From positions 36,789-100,788 of the forward strand of contig JAZSNE010000001.1 in assembly GCA_045536245.1 (NCBI GenBank): 64,000 nt of DNA, written 5' to 3'. This document shows, piece by piece, positions 55,058 to 64,000 of the stretch (position 1 is its first letter; every line of letters begins with the position of its first letter). The notes below the pieces were generated by a model. The model was not told the DNA's origin, searched no databases, and was given only the letters and a program-made list of their open reading frames with translations. A program made the position numbers and the translations under genes. This stretch comes from Acutalibacteraceae bacterium (GTDB lineage: Bacteria > Bacillota > Clostridia > Oscillospirales > Acutalibacteraceae).

Positions 55058-55834
55058 ATGTCAGCTATCATTTCAAAAATCGTTTCTGTTTTCACATCAA
55101 TCATTATGTCATTTCTCGCCCTTTTCGTCCCTTCCGCTCCGCCTGCCGATGACCCCTATGCAAGGCTTGAACTGCCCGAATACTATCTTGGCGAATGCGT
55201 TTCAACTGACGCCGAAGAAGCTGTTTTTCTCTATAATGACGCCGTTAAAAAGAGCCGCAAAGTCTATTTTGCAAACCTTGAAGGCGAGCAGAAAATCAAG
55301 CGTATCGGCGAAATCGAAGGCGACGGTGCAATCGGCGCAGTTCTCAAGGTAGCCGTACCGGTTATTGACAAGGCTATTGAAAAGAACAATTTTGAGGTGG
55401 ACTATGTTCCCGGCAGAGGCAACCTTATGGCAAGCGACGTTACAACGGCAGCCACATACAAAACCGATGACGGCAAAACCTATGTTGCTCTTTATCTCAA
55501 AGACCAGATTGACGGCCCTGACGGCACGCAGTATGACGGCGGCCCCGTTTCAAGAGGCATAGGCACTCTGGGCGGCGTTGAGCACGCACTTATGGAGCTT
55601 GGAGCAACAATCAAATCAGGCAGAGAAACAATCAGGATTGAATACACAAACGCTTATATCATTTGCGAGATAAGCTCAAGCGGCTACATTGTTGGCGGCA
55701 CATGGCATTATGACGTTAACGTTACTGTAGGCGATGCTAAGATTAAGATTTCAGCCATTTCAGCAAACGTTAAGAATCTCACAGCCAAGCTTGAATATGC
55801 AATCGTTCTCAGAGATGAACCCGTTCAGGTATGA
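55058..55834 (+). CDS. Exported hypothetical protein
   Basis: RBS AAGGAG; 258 aa; amphipathic N-terminal helix plus Pro-rich linker. Confidence 0.75.
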   Translation: MSAIISKIVSVFTSIIMSFLALFVPSAPPADDPYARLELPEYYLGECVSTDAEEAVFLYNDAVKKSRKVYFANLEGEQKIKRIGEIEGDGAIGAVLKVAVPVIDKAIEKNNFEVDYVPGRGNLMASDVTTAATYKTDDGKTYVALYLKDQIDGPDGTQYDGGPVSRGIGTLGGVEHALMELGATIKSGRETIRIEYTNAYIICEISSSGYIVGGTWHYDVNVTVGDAKIKISAISANVKNLTAKLEYAIVLRDEPVQV

Positions 55835-55850
55835 TATTAATCCGTAAAAG

Positions 55851-55873
55851 AGGCTCCTTCGGGAGCCTTTTTT
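55851..55873 (+). terminator. Intrinsic terminator with UUCG loop
   Basis: AGGCTCC-TTCG-GGAGCCT-TTTTT. Confidence 0.85.
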
Positions 55874-55892
55874 CTTTCAGCGAGCCTCTTTG

Positions 55893-55921
55893 TTGACTTT
55901 TAATAAAAGAATTGATATAAT
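55893..55921 (+). promoter_or_regulatory. Sigma-A promoter of GT2 gene
   Basis: TTGACT-17-TATAAT with extended -10 TG. Confidence 0.75.
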
Positions 55922-55957
55922 AGTTTTGTATAAAGTTTTAGATTTCAGAGGTTAAAA

Positions 55958-56905
55958 ATGAAGCTTTCATTGATTGTTCCCTGCTATAACGAAGAGGGTA
56001 ACGTTGAAAAATTTTTCAGCGAAGTCAACCGTGTTTTTGAAAACACGGTTGAAGATTATGAGTTTGTGTTTGTTAATGACGGCAGCACAGACAAAACCTA
56101 TAAAAAGCTTAAATATATCCACAGCGAGCTCAACGCAAAAAACAACGTTCAGGTGCTCACCTTCAGCCGCAACTTCGGCAAGGAATCGGCAATATACGCA
56201 GGTCTTTCAAAGGCAAAGGGTGACCTTGTTTGCCTTATTGACGCTGATTTGCAGCAAAGGCCCGAGGTTGTGCTTGAAATGCTTGACGTGCTCAATTCCG
56301 ACGAGGAGCTTGACTGCGTAACGGCATATCAGGAAAAGCGCAAAGAGAACGCAGCCGTTTCGTTTATCAAATCTTCGTTCTATAGATTCATCAACAAAAT
56401 TTCTGACGTTGATTTTGTTAACGGCGCATCGGATTTCAGACTTATGAAACGCCCGATGGTTGATGCAATCCTGCAGATGTCGGAATTTCACCGCTTTTCA
56501 AAGGGTATTTTCAGCTACGTCGGCTTTAACACAAAATATATCCCTTACACGGTTGCAGAGCGTGAAAGCGGCGAATCAAAGTGGGGTATGCGCAAGCTCT
56601 TTAAATATGCGCTTGAGGGCATTTTTGCTTTTTCAACAATGCCGCTCAAAATCTCAACCTTTATCGGTCTGCTCGCATCGTTTGTTTCAATCATTTACCT
56701 CGGCGTTGTTGTTATTCAAAAGATATTCTGGGGCATTGACGTGCCCGGCTATGCAACAATCGTTGCGCTGATGCTGCTTATCGGCGGACTTGTTCTTTTC
56801 TGCCTGGGCATCATCGGCGAATACCTGTCAAAGATGTACGTTCAGGTCAAAAACAGGCCGATATATATTCTCAAAGAGCACCTTGACGATAAGGAAGATA
56901 AATAA
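55958..56905 (+). CDS. GT2 polyprenol-phosphate glycosyltransferase (GtrB-like)
   Basis: IVPCYNEE, VNDGSTD, FSRNFGKESA, IDADLQ, DFRLM, two C-terminal TMs. Confidence 0.92.
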   Translation: MKLSLIVPCYNEEGNVEKFFSEVNRVFENTVEDYEFVFVNDGSTDKTYKKLKYIHSELNAKNNVQVLTFSRNFGKESAIYAGLSKAKGDLVCLIDADLQQRPEVVLEMLDVLNSDEELDCVTAYQEKRKENAAVSFIKSSFYRFINKISDVDFVNGASDFRLMKRPMVDAILQMSEFHRFSKGIFSYVGFNTKYIPYTVAERESGESKWGMRKLFKYALEGIFAFSTMPLKISTFIGLLASFVSIIYLGVVVIQKIFWGIDVPGYATIVALMLLIGGLVLFCLGIIGEYLSKMYVQVKNRPIYILKEHLDDKEDK

Positions 56906-57260
56906 CAAAAACGGGTTGTTCAAGCGAACAACCCGTTTCAACTTGTCGAAAAACTTGTTTTTCAGCAAGGTGTGGCTGTTGAGAAAGGAAACTGAATGAC
57001 AGCCTCCCCTGCAGGGGAGGTGCTGAGTGTTAGCGAAGCGGAGGGGTTTAATCTTCGCTTGAAGGCGGATAAAGATACATCGAAAAGCGAAAAAACGGCA
57101 AATAAACAAAATGATATTGTTGTTTTGCGGGACGTCGGGTCGCCGTCCCCTACAATAAATAACGGCGGGATGAAGGCATCCCGCCCTACTCTGTTTTCGT
57201 TTATGTTTCAGCGACTTTATCAACAGTCAAAAACGGGTTGTTCAAGCGAACAACCCGTTT
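56906..57260. mobile_element. Non-autonomous composite insert (MITE/REP) flanked by a 33-bp duplicated terminator
   Basis: CAAAAACGGGTTGTTCAAGCGAACAACCCGTTT at 56906-56938 and 57228-57260; internal palindromes and two REP-like CTAC units (57128-57189). Confidence 0.7.
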
Positions 57261-57271
57261 TATTGTTACCG

Positions 57272-57763
57272 TTACCCCATCTTCGGTGCGGGGCGGTGCT
57301 TGGCGGTGAATTCCGAAACGTCGATTCTGATAATGCTCACAACCGCCGCCATTTTGTCTTCAAACTCAAAATCCTTGCCTGTCTGCGTTTTCATAAGATA
57401 AGAAAGCGCAGCTTTTTTTATTTCGATATCCTCAATTATTTCGGCTTTACCTCTGCCCATAATCGAGGAATATTCAATGCCGTATTTGCAGGCGATTTCA
57501 CCTTCAAACGGCTGAATGCCGCATTCCATTTCAAAGAAAACCTTGTGGTTTGCTCTTATCAGGTCAAGCTTTCTGCCTCTTTTTGCGCCGTGAAGCCAGA
57601 GGGTGAGCTTGCCGTCTTCAAGCGTGTAGCCATAATTCATCGGCACAACGTAGGCTTCGTCGCCATCAACAAGGCCGAGGTGGAGCACCTTTGATTTATC
57701 GAGAATCTCTTTGATTTTATCGATATCGGTTACTTCTCTTTCTCTGCGTGTCATTCCGTTCAT
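57272..57763 (-). CDS. Pyridoxamine 5'-phosphate oxidase-like FMN-binding protein (Nim-like)
   Basis: MTRREREV, YVVPMNYGY, HGAKRGRK, YSSIMGRG. Confidence 0.85.
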   Translation of the reverse strand: MNGMTRREREVTDIDKIKEILDKSKVLHLGLVDGDEAYVVPMNYGYTLEDGKLTLWLHGAKRGRKLDLIRANHKVFFEMECGIQPFEGEIACKYGIEYSSIMGRGKAEIIEDIEIKKAALSYLMKTQTGKDFEFEDKMAAVVSIIRIDVSEFTAKHRPAPKMG

Positions 57764-57766
57764 AGT

Positions 57767-58600
57767 TTATCCCTCAATTCCGTAAAAATCAAGCAGCGCA
57801 GGCATAATCACCGTGTCGGTCTGTTCAAAGCAAGTGCTGTGGCCGCCGCCGATAACCATAAGCTCCTTTGCGCCCTCAATTGACTTGGTTATTCCCTTTG
57901 AATGCCAACGCTGAATCATATCGTGCTCGCCGTAGATATTGAAAAACGGCACTTTGATTGCGGAAATATCCTTGAAGGTAAGGCTCGGCTGGCCAACCAT
58001 CATACCCTTGATATCACGGCGGATTTTTGTTTCTGTGTCACCCTTAAAAAGTGCTTCAACGCAAAGCACGATATACTGCCAGGTTATCTGAATCTGGTCA
58101 AAGGTGTTTGTGCCGAGGGTGTTTATGTTTGAGCCCATAACGGTGAGTGAAAGAACTCTGCTCTGATATTTGAGAGTAAAAACAAAGCCGAGGTTGCCGC
58201 CGTCACTGAAGCCGAAAATATGTGTTTTTTCAACGTTGAGGTGGTCGAGCACCTTGGCAACGTCGTCGGCAAAGGTTTCAAAATTCATTGTGCCCTCTGC
58301 CCAGCCGGAATTGCCCGTACCTCTGGGTGAAACGGTGATAACCTTGAAATGCTTGGACATTTCGGGCAGAATGGTGTCGTCAAGGCTGTGCATATCGCCG
58401 CCGTTGGGAGGCAGAAGCAGCAGCGCTTCACCCTCAAGGTTGCCGTATACGCCGTATTCGATTTTAACGCCGTCACATTCAACAAAGCCGTATTCTTTCA
58501 TTTCAGGTTTTACTTCTTCCTGCGCAAAGCAAACAGGCATTGCACCGAATGCAAAACAAAAAGCAAGAATAATTGCAATTATTTTTTTGGTTTTATTCAT
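57767..58600 (-). CDS. Secreted alpha/beta hydrolase
   Basis: Signal peptide, SPRGTGNS, GFSDGG nucleophile, YGEHD, GGGH. Confidence 0.85.
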   Translation of the reverse strand: MNKTKKIIAIILAFCFAFGAMPVCFAQEEVKPEMKEYGFVECDGVKIEYGVYGNLEGEALLLLPPNGGDMHSLDDTILPEMSKHFKVITVSPRGTGNSGWAEGTMNFETFADDVAKVLDHLNVEKTHIFGFSDGGNLGFVFTLKYQSRVLSLTVMGSNINTLGTNTFDQIQITWQYIVLCVEALFKGDTETKIRRDIKGMMVGQPSLTFKDISAIKVPFFNIYGEHDMIQRWHSKGITKSIEGAKELMVIGGGHSTCFEQTDTVIMPALLDFYGIEG

Positions 58601-59721
58601 TGTAAATCCTCCTTTTGATTAAGTGCCGCCTTAAAAGCGGCATTATAAAGGTCAGTTTCACAACTTTGCAGAATTTCTGCAAAAGTTTTTTCTCCGTTAA
58701 CGGCAAAATACATTTCGCTGACGCCGCAATCGAGGATTTTTTCTGCGCCCTCTCCCCTGCAGCCGCAAACGGCAACAACCTTTTTGCCGAGCCGTTTTGC
58801 ACGCTTTGCAACGCCCGAAATCACCTTGCCGTCAGCAGACTGAAAATCAAGCCTGCCCTCACCTGTCACAACAAGGTCGCACTCAGCCGCAAGAGCATCA
58901 AACCCCGATTCATCAAGAATGATGTCTATGCCCTTTTTAAGCTCTGCATCAAGAAACACAAGCGCACCCGCGCCCATACCGCCTGCCGCACCCGAGCCTT
59001 TGATATCGGCAACGGTTTTGCCTGTTTCTTTTTCAATAACCTTTGCAAAACTTCGCAGACCGTTATCAAGCCTTTGCACCATCTCTTTGTCTGCACCTTT
59101 CTGCGGAGCAAAAACATAAGCCGCACCGTTTGCGCCGTAAAGCGGATTTTCAACGTCACACGCCGCCGTAACAGGCAGACCGAGCGGTTTTGGGGGTGGA
59201 ATAATCTTTTGAATTTTTGAAAGCGATGCACCGCAAGGCTCAACGCTGTTTCCGTTTTCATCAAGGAATTTCCAACCCAGAGCTGTTGCCATACCGATGC
59301 CGCAATCGTTTGTGGCGCTGCCACCGAGCCCGAGCAGGATTGATTTTGCGCCGTTTTGCTTTGCGTGGAGCATAAGCTCGCCCACGCCGAGGGTTGTTGC
59401 CTTTTCTGGATTTTTATTATCGCCTGCAAGCGGCAGCCCTGCGCACGACGCCGTTTCGATAACCGCAGTGTTATTTTCAAGCATAAAATATTCTGCCGTC
59501 AGCTTTTCACCAAACACGCCGCTGACCGTGGCTGATATCCGTTTACCCTTGGCAAAGCTCTCAAAGCAGGCGCAAAGCCCCTCGCCGCCGTCGGCAGCGG
59601 GGAGCTTTGTTATTTTAACGTCTTTTATTGCGTCGGTGAATGCCTTTGCCGCAATATCGCACACCTGTGCCGCAGAAAGTGTTCCTTTGAAGCTGTCGGG
59701 TGCGATAAGAACGGTGGGCAT
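58597..59721 (-). CDS. glxK: Glycerate kinase
   Basis: IAPDSFKG, ADGGEG, GLGGSATND, FAPQKGA, GAAGG, TGEGRLD. Confidence 0.95.
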   Translation of the reverse strand: MPTVLIAPDSFKGTLSAAQVCDIAAKAFTDAIKDVKITKLPAADGGEGLCACFESFAKGKRISATVSGVFGEKLTAEYFMLENNTAVIETASCAGLPLAGDNKNPEKATTLGVGELMLHAKQNGAKSILLGLGGSATNDCGIGMATALGWKFLDENGNSVEPCGASLSKIQKIIPPPKPLGLPVTAACDVENPLYGANGAAYVFAPQKGADKEMVQRLDNGLRSFAKVIEKETGKTVADIKGSGAAGGMGAGALVFLDAELKKGIDIILDESGFDALAAECDLVVTGEGRLDFQSADGKVISGVAKRAKRLGKKVVAVCGCRGEGAEKILDCGVSEMYFAVNGEKTFAEILQSCETDLYNAAFKAALNQKEDLQ

Positions 59722-59739
59722 TTTATCACGCTTTCTTAA

Positions 59740-61215
59740 TTATTCTGCTGATGCCTTCTTAACGTATCTCTTGAAGAAAGCAACTGCGGGTTCAATTGCT
59801 GAAACAGGAATTCTCTCATTTGTGGCGTGAGTGCAACGGAGCAGCTCAACACTTACCTTATAAGGCGAATAACGGAAGATGTTTTCGCAAACAGGCTCAT
59901 AGTAGCAGGCATCGGTGCCGCCCATTACAAGATAGGGAGCAACGATGGCGTTCTTGTTTTCCTGAACGCAAAGCTCTTCAATAATCTTGAAGGTTCTTGA
60001 TTCTGTGGGTGAGAAGCTTGAAGCTTCCTTTGCCTTGAGAACCTTGATTTCAATATCCTTATTGCGGCAAACCCTGCGGATATGGGCAATAACGTCATCA
60101 ACAGTTGTGCCGGGCATCTGCCTGAAGTTAACAACAACGCTTGCCTTCTGGGGCAGAACGTTTGCAGCAGGGCTGCCCTGAGCCATTGTTACTGCTGTGG
60201 TTGTTCTGACAAGGCAGGCAGTGAAGGGGATTTTGGTCATACCGAACTTAAGAAGCGGCTTCATATAAGGCAGGTTGCAGGTAACAAGTCTGACGGGGTA
60301 AGTGCAGCTTCTGCCGAGGTTTGAGAAAAGGTCACTCACAAAAGGCATAAGCTCCGCCTTGAACTGGTTGCCCTCAAGGTCTCTGATAACCTGAGCAAGC
60401 TCGCCGAGTGCAGAATGAACGGGAGGCTGCGAAGAGTGACCGCCCTTGGCGTTGACCGTGATTTCAATATCGGTATAGCCCTTTTCTGCAATGCCGACAC
60501 CGATGAGGTCTTTATTTTCAATAACACCCTTTACGTTAAGGGGAATAATTGCGCCGCCTTCATCAATCACGCTGTCAAGGTGAATGCCTCTCTCTTTGAG
60601 AGTATACATTATGTTCTTTGCGCCGCCGTTGCCCGAAGCAACAACCTCTTCATCCTGACCGAAAAGAAGATAAACGTCTCTTTCAGGCTTGAAGCCTTCT
60701 TCAAGAAGAGTTTCAACAGCTTCCATAACGGCGATAAGGTGGTTTTTCATATCAAGAGCGCCTCTGCCCCAGATAAACTCGCCGTCATTTACGCCGCCGA
60801 AGGGAGGATTTGTCCAGTCGCCCTCCGTACCCTCCGAAACAGGCACAACGTCCTGATGAGCAAGCAGAGCGATTGGGTCAAGGTCGCTTCTCGTACCTTC
60901 CCACTTATAGATGAGGCTTGCTTCAAGAACAACCTCTTTTGTAAGATTCTTGTGAATAAGCGGATATGCTTCTTCAAGGAATTTATGGAATTTTTCAAAC
61001 TGTGAAAAATCAACCTTTTCTTTTTCGGGGTAGCTGACCGTGGGAATGGAAATTGCCTTTGAAAGGTTATCCATAGCACGCTGAAGATTAACGTTTTCAA
61101 CCGAAGGCTCGCCGAAATCTTTCTTTTCGGGAACAAATTTTGCTGCTCTGACTGCGTTGATGCCTGCTGCTACACCTGCTGCAACGCCGGCAGCAATTGC
61201 AAATTTTTTGCCCAT
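59740..61215 (-). CDS. M20 metallopeptidase (Gly-Xaa carboxypeptidase/PM20D1-like)
   Basis: LAHQDVVP, WGRGALDMK, GQDEE, IDEGG, GGHSS, GGTD, HATNERI; start set to MGKKF. Confidence 0.9.
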   Translation of the reverse strand: MGKKFAIAAGVAAGVAAGINAVRAAKFVPEKKDFGEPSVENVNLQRAMDNLSKAISIPTVSYPEKEKVDFSQFEKFHKFLEEAYPLIHKNLTKEVVLEASLIYKWEGTRSDLDPIALLAHQDVVPVSEGTEGDWTNPPFGGVNDGEFIWGRGALDMKNHLIAVMEAVETLLEEGFKPERDVYLLFGQDEEVVASGNGGAKNIMYTLKERGIHLDSVIDEGGAIIPLNVKGVIENKDLIGVGIAEKGYTDIEITVNAKGGHSSQPPVHSALGELAQVIRDLEGNQFKAELMPFVSDLFSNLGRSCTYPVRLVTCNLPYMKPLLKFGMTKIPFTACLVRTTTAVTMAQGSPAANVLPQKASVVVNFRQMPGTTVDDVIAHIRRVCRNKDIEIKVLKAKEASSFSPTESRTFKIIEELCVQENKNAIVAPYLVMGGTDACYYEPVCENIFRYSPYKVSVELLRCTHATNERIPVSAIEPAVAFFKRYVKKASAE

Positions 61216-61286
61216 AAACAACGTCCTTTCATTTTTGCGTTTACTCTATAATTATAATGCAACGGTATTGATTTTTCAAGATATAG

Positions 61287-61985
61287 TTAAATAAAGAATT
61301 TTTTGTGAAGCCACATTTTCATCTTCTTGCTCTTATCAAGAACAAGGAAAAATATCATAAGAGAAATGCAGCACGCCGTCATAACCAGCGTTACAACGAA
61401 CTCAAGCTTACCCAAAAAGAAGGCGCTTGCTCTTATTTCACAAATAAACGTCAAAACGTTTATTGCGGCAAGCACACCGACGGCGATTGCCGATTTGCTC
61501 CTTTTCTTTTTAAGCCAGAGCAAAAATGCGTTTATTATTATCCACAGTGCTATAACAACGGGCACAACGAAGGAATCAACCCAGCCTGTATCGTGGCCGC
61601 CGATTTTAAACAGCTGAAAATATAAAAGCACGGCAACCGAATCAATTGTTACAAGCGCCGCAGGTATCGGCTTTTTCCACATAAGAGGAAGCAGAAACCA
61701 CACCCAGGCAAGAGCAGCTGCGCCAACCACATATTTTATAACGGGGTTATTGAAAAACACTGCATTGATTATTGTGGAAACGAGAATCGGAATCAGAAGA
61801 ATCAGCGAAAATACAAATGCCAGATAGAGGTTGTTTGTTGATTTAGGGATTGAAAGTACGTCGGGATAAGCAAGCTTTGCTGACGGCTCCGTTTTTTCTC
61901 TCGGGTTTATGACGGGGGTGTCACAGAGCGGACAGGCTTTGCAAGCCTTTTCAAGCTCAACACCGCAATTAACACAATATGACAT
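61287..61985 (-). CDS. Zinc-ribbon plus multi-TM protein (DUF6320-like)
   Basis: YCVNCGVEL...CPLC.TPV.NP followed by about 6 TM helices. Confidence 0.75.
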   Translation of the reverse strand: MSYCVNCGVELEKACKACPLCDTPVINPREKTEPSAKLAYPDVLSIPKSTNNLYLAFVFSLILLIPILVSTIINAVFFNNPVIKYVVGAAALAWVWFLLPLMWKKPIPAALVTIDSVAVLLYFQLFKIGGHDTGWVDSFVVPVVIALWIIINAFLLWLKKKRSKSAIAVGVLAAINVLTFICEIRASAFFLGKLEFVVTLVMTACCISLMIFFLVLDKSKKMKMWLHKKFFI

Positions 61986-63295
61986 CAGACCTCACCTCCT
62001 GATATGGCGCTTTTATTGCTTTCGATTTTAACTGGTATGCCCTCTTTGACAAAGGTTGTGAAAATTTCTCTCTGAACGTCGGTGCTTTCATAGATGTTGG
62101 TGACGCTCAAGGCAAGCGTGCCGTTATAAGAAACTGCTCCGCACCTTGCCGCATTAACCATACCCTGCGCAAGCACGAGCGACATTTTTTCAACGTAAGG
62201 CTCAATTTCTTTGGGTGCTTTTATAAGACCGATATTTGATATCAGCGAGCTTGTTGCTCTTTCACCCGTGAGCTTATAAAGCACGTTTATGCCGAAATCC
62301 TTCATAAACGAAGGGATAACACGCATAAGCGGATTTTTTTCGATTGCCGCATTGCCGTTAAGCATTGCCTGCAGGTTCTTTTCATTATTGATATAACGCA
62401 GATAAAGCGAGAGCTGACGGAGCACCTCGGGGAAGGTGTATTCCCCCATTTTGGGGTCAAGCTGAAAAGAATAGCAGAGCATAAAATTGCGCATTGTTTC
62501 TGTTTCAAAAAACTGACGCACATTAACGGGAATCTGCACTCCTACAGGCTTTTTGCGGTTAAACGGTTCTTCTTTTTGCAGGTTATACATAACCCACACA
62601 AGCACGCCTGCAATATATTCGGTTATGGTTACGCCGTATTCCGCCGCTTTTTTCTTAAGGGCATCCACAGGCATATAGCCTGTGGTGACGTTGATAAAAT
62701 GCTTGGGCAGCCTTTTGCTTTTTGCCTGATAGGCAAATTTTTCAACTCGCTTTGCCTTGGCGGTTGGCTTGACGTATTTGAGATATGCGTCCTCATTTTC
62801 GCTTTCGCTCGGAGACTGCTCAACATCAAGCACCGCACCGCCGACGGGGATATCCTTACCCGTCAGCCGCAGGTAAACCGCAAGCAGAGTCATAAAAAAG
62901 CGTGATGCACCGAAGCCGTCGGTCAAAACGTGGTAAAACTCAACGGACATTCTGTTTTCATAATAGAAAACTCTGAGCAGATAGCCGTTATTCTCCTTGG
63001 GGCTGACACGCAGGCACGGGTTTGCCGAGTCGGGCCTGACGGGCGGAGCTCCGTTGGGATTCTTTTCAAGATAATGCCAGAAAAAGCCGTTTCGCATTCT
63101 GACGTCAAAAGACGGAAAACGGGGCATTGTTTTGAGAAGAGCCTGCTCAAGCAGCTGAGGGTCAACGTTTTCTTTGAGCGTTACGGTCAGCCTGTATACG
63201 TTGGAATATGATGACGTGCTCTGACCCGGAAATATTTTTGCGGCATTATCGAGTTTAAACCATATTCTGTTTGCAGGTTTTGTTATGTTTTTCAT
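61985..63295 (-). CDS. Alcohol acetyltransferase / condensation-domain acyltransferase
   Basis: WFKLDNAAKIFP, LR.GFFWHY, HxxxDG motif FYHVLTDGFG, PVNVR..F.T.TMRNF; start set to MKNITK. Confidence 0.85.
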   Translation of the reverse strand: MKNITKPANRIWFKLDNAAKIFPGQSTSSYSNVYRLTVTLKENVDPQLLEQALLKTMPRFPSFDVRMRNGFFWHYLEKNPNGAPPVRPDSANPCLRVSPKENNGYLLRVFYYENRMSVEFYHVLTDGFGASRFFMTLLAVYLRLTGKDIPVGGAVLDVEQSPSESENEDAYLKYVKPTAKAKRVEKFAYQAKSKRLPKHFINVTTGYMPVDALKKKAAEYGVTITEYIAGVLVWVMYNLQKEEPFNRKKPVGVQIPVNVRQFFETETMRNFMLCYSFQLDPKMGEYTFPEVLRQLSLYLRYINNEKNLQAMLNGNAAIEKNPLMRVIPSFMKDFGINVLYKLTGERATSSLISNIGLIKAPKEIEPYVEKMSLVLAQGMVNAARCGAVSYNGTLALSVTNIYESTDVQREIFTTFVKEGIPVKIESNKSAISGGEV

Positions 63296-63351
63296 TTTAA
63301 CTCCGATCAAGGTGAACGGGCAATCCAAACCGTGATTACCGCATCACCTTA

Positions 63352-64000
63352 TTAAAAGAAGCTCAGCTGTGTTGATTTGGGCAGAGAATCAAGGGCTCCA
63401 CCCTCTTCAAGAGCCGTTATAATGGACTTTGAAACGCCCGAACGAAGCTGCAAATCCTCAATGGAGAGGAATTCACCGCCTCCGTCATTGCGGCAGTCTT
63501 CAAGACTCTGCGCCGCTGCACCGCCGCAGCCTGCAATTGCAGAAAACGGAAGCCTTATCTTGCCGTCCTCAACAACGTAGCGGTTTGCGGTTGATTTATA
63601 AATATCAATCGGCAGAAGCTCAACGCCTCTTGCCATCATCTCGTTGATAACCTGAAGCGAAGTGAACGTGCCTTCTTCCTTCGCCGTGGCGGTTTTCATT
63701 TGCATTTTCTGCTTGATTTCGTCCATTCTTGCCTTAACGGCTTTTCTGCCGCCAAGAACGGCAACGGTGTCAATATCTTCACCGCGCACCGTCATAAAGG
63801 TTGCATAATACTCAACGGGTCGGTAAAGCTTATACCACGCAAGGCGCATTGCGGCGCTTACGTAAGCGGCAGCGTGAGCCTTGGGGAACATATATTTGAT
63901 TTTCATACAAGAATCAAGGTACCACTGCGGAACGCCGTTATCAAGCATTGCCTGCTTATGCTCATCGGTGAGCAGAGAGGTTGCCTTGCCCTTACGCACG
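63352..64000 (-). CDS. polC: DNA polymerase III PolC, C-terminal part (truncated by window edge)
   Basis: SC.KIKYMFPKAHAAAYV..A.R.AW.K, PF..I.G.G, QLSFF end. Confidence 0.97.
   Translation of the reverse strand, partial: VRKGKATSLLTDEHKQAMLDNGVPQWYLDSCMKIKYMFPKAHAAAYVSAAMRLAWYKLYRPVEYYATFMTVRGEDIDTVAVLGGRKAVKARMDEIKQKMQMKTATAKEEGTFTSLQVINEMMARGVELLPIDIYKSTANRYVVEDGKIRLPFSAIAGCGGAAAQSLEDCRNDGGGEFLSIEDLQLRSGVSKSIITALEEGGALDSLPKSTQLSFF

Noticed and set aside
56996-57694. 232-aa ORF as a transposase of the insert
   Set aside because: It reads through the palindromes and REPs and then antisense into the Nim-like gene; no DDE or HUH motif.

Overview
64-kb chromosomal window from a Bacillota/Clostridia bacterium. 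An Oscillospirales-like, spore-forming anaerobe is inferred from polC, ylmC, Firmicutes-type galT, the L21 leader and sigma-A promoters. Housekeeping blocks: uvrB-uvrA with a LexA-like box; rmlA-rmlC; rplU-prp-rpmA; a long lon-engB-lysA-ymfF-ymfH-lgt-folD-pspC run; metF; hslO-methyltransferase-TrpR-like; galT; glycerate kinase; an M20 peptidase; the polC 3' end; and a five-tRNA operon (Val, Asp, Phe, Gly, Cys). Accessory content: many exported glycan-active enzymes (2x GH5, GH51, GH16, a GH141-like beta-helix, a BNR protein), a tandem esterase pair, an AT-rich island 3' of tRNA-Cys, REP/MITE-like elements, and an array of small membrane-protein paralogs. No integrase, transposase, cas gene, CRISPR array or rRNA was seen. 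Best leads: (1) a tRNA-Cys-anchored, recombinase-free cassette array delimited by tRNA-3'-end-mimicking repeats and a duplicated terminator; (2) a stand-alone chromosomal protein resembling the DUF1874/AcrIII-1 ring-nuclease family but lacking the catalytic His; (3) a recurring non-canonical N-terminal amphipathic helix on exported proteins; (4) two diverged esterases sharing a 113/114-bp identical 3' end; (5) an array of 2-TM micro-protein paralogs with decaying members. All family calls rest on motif recognition by eye; no database search was run.
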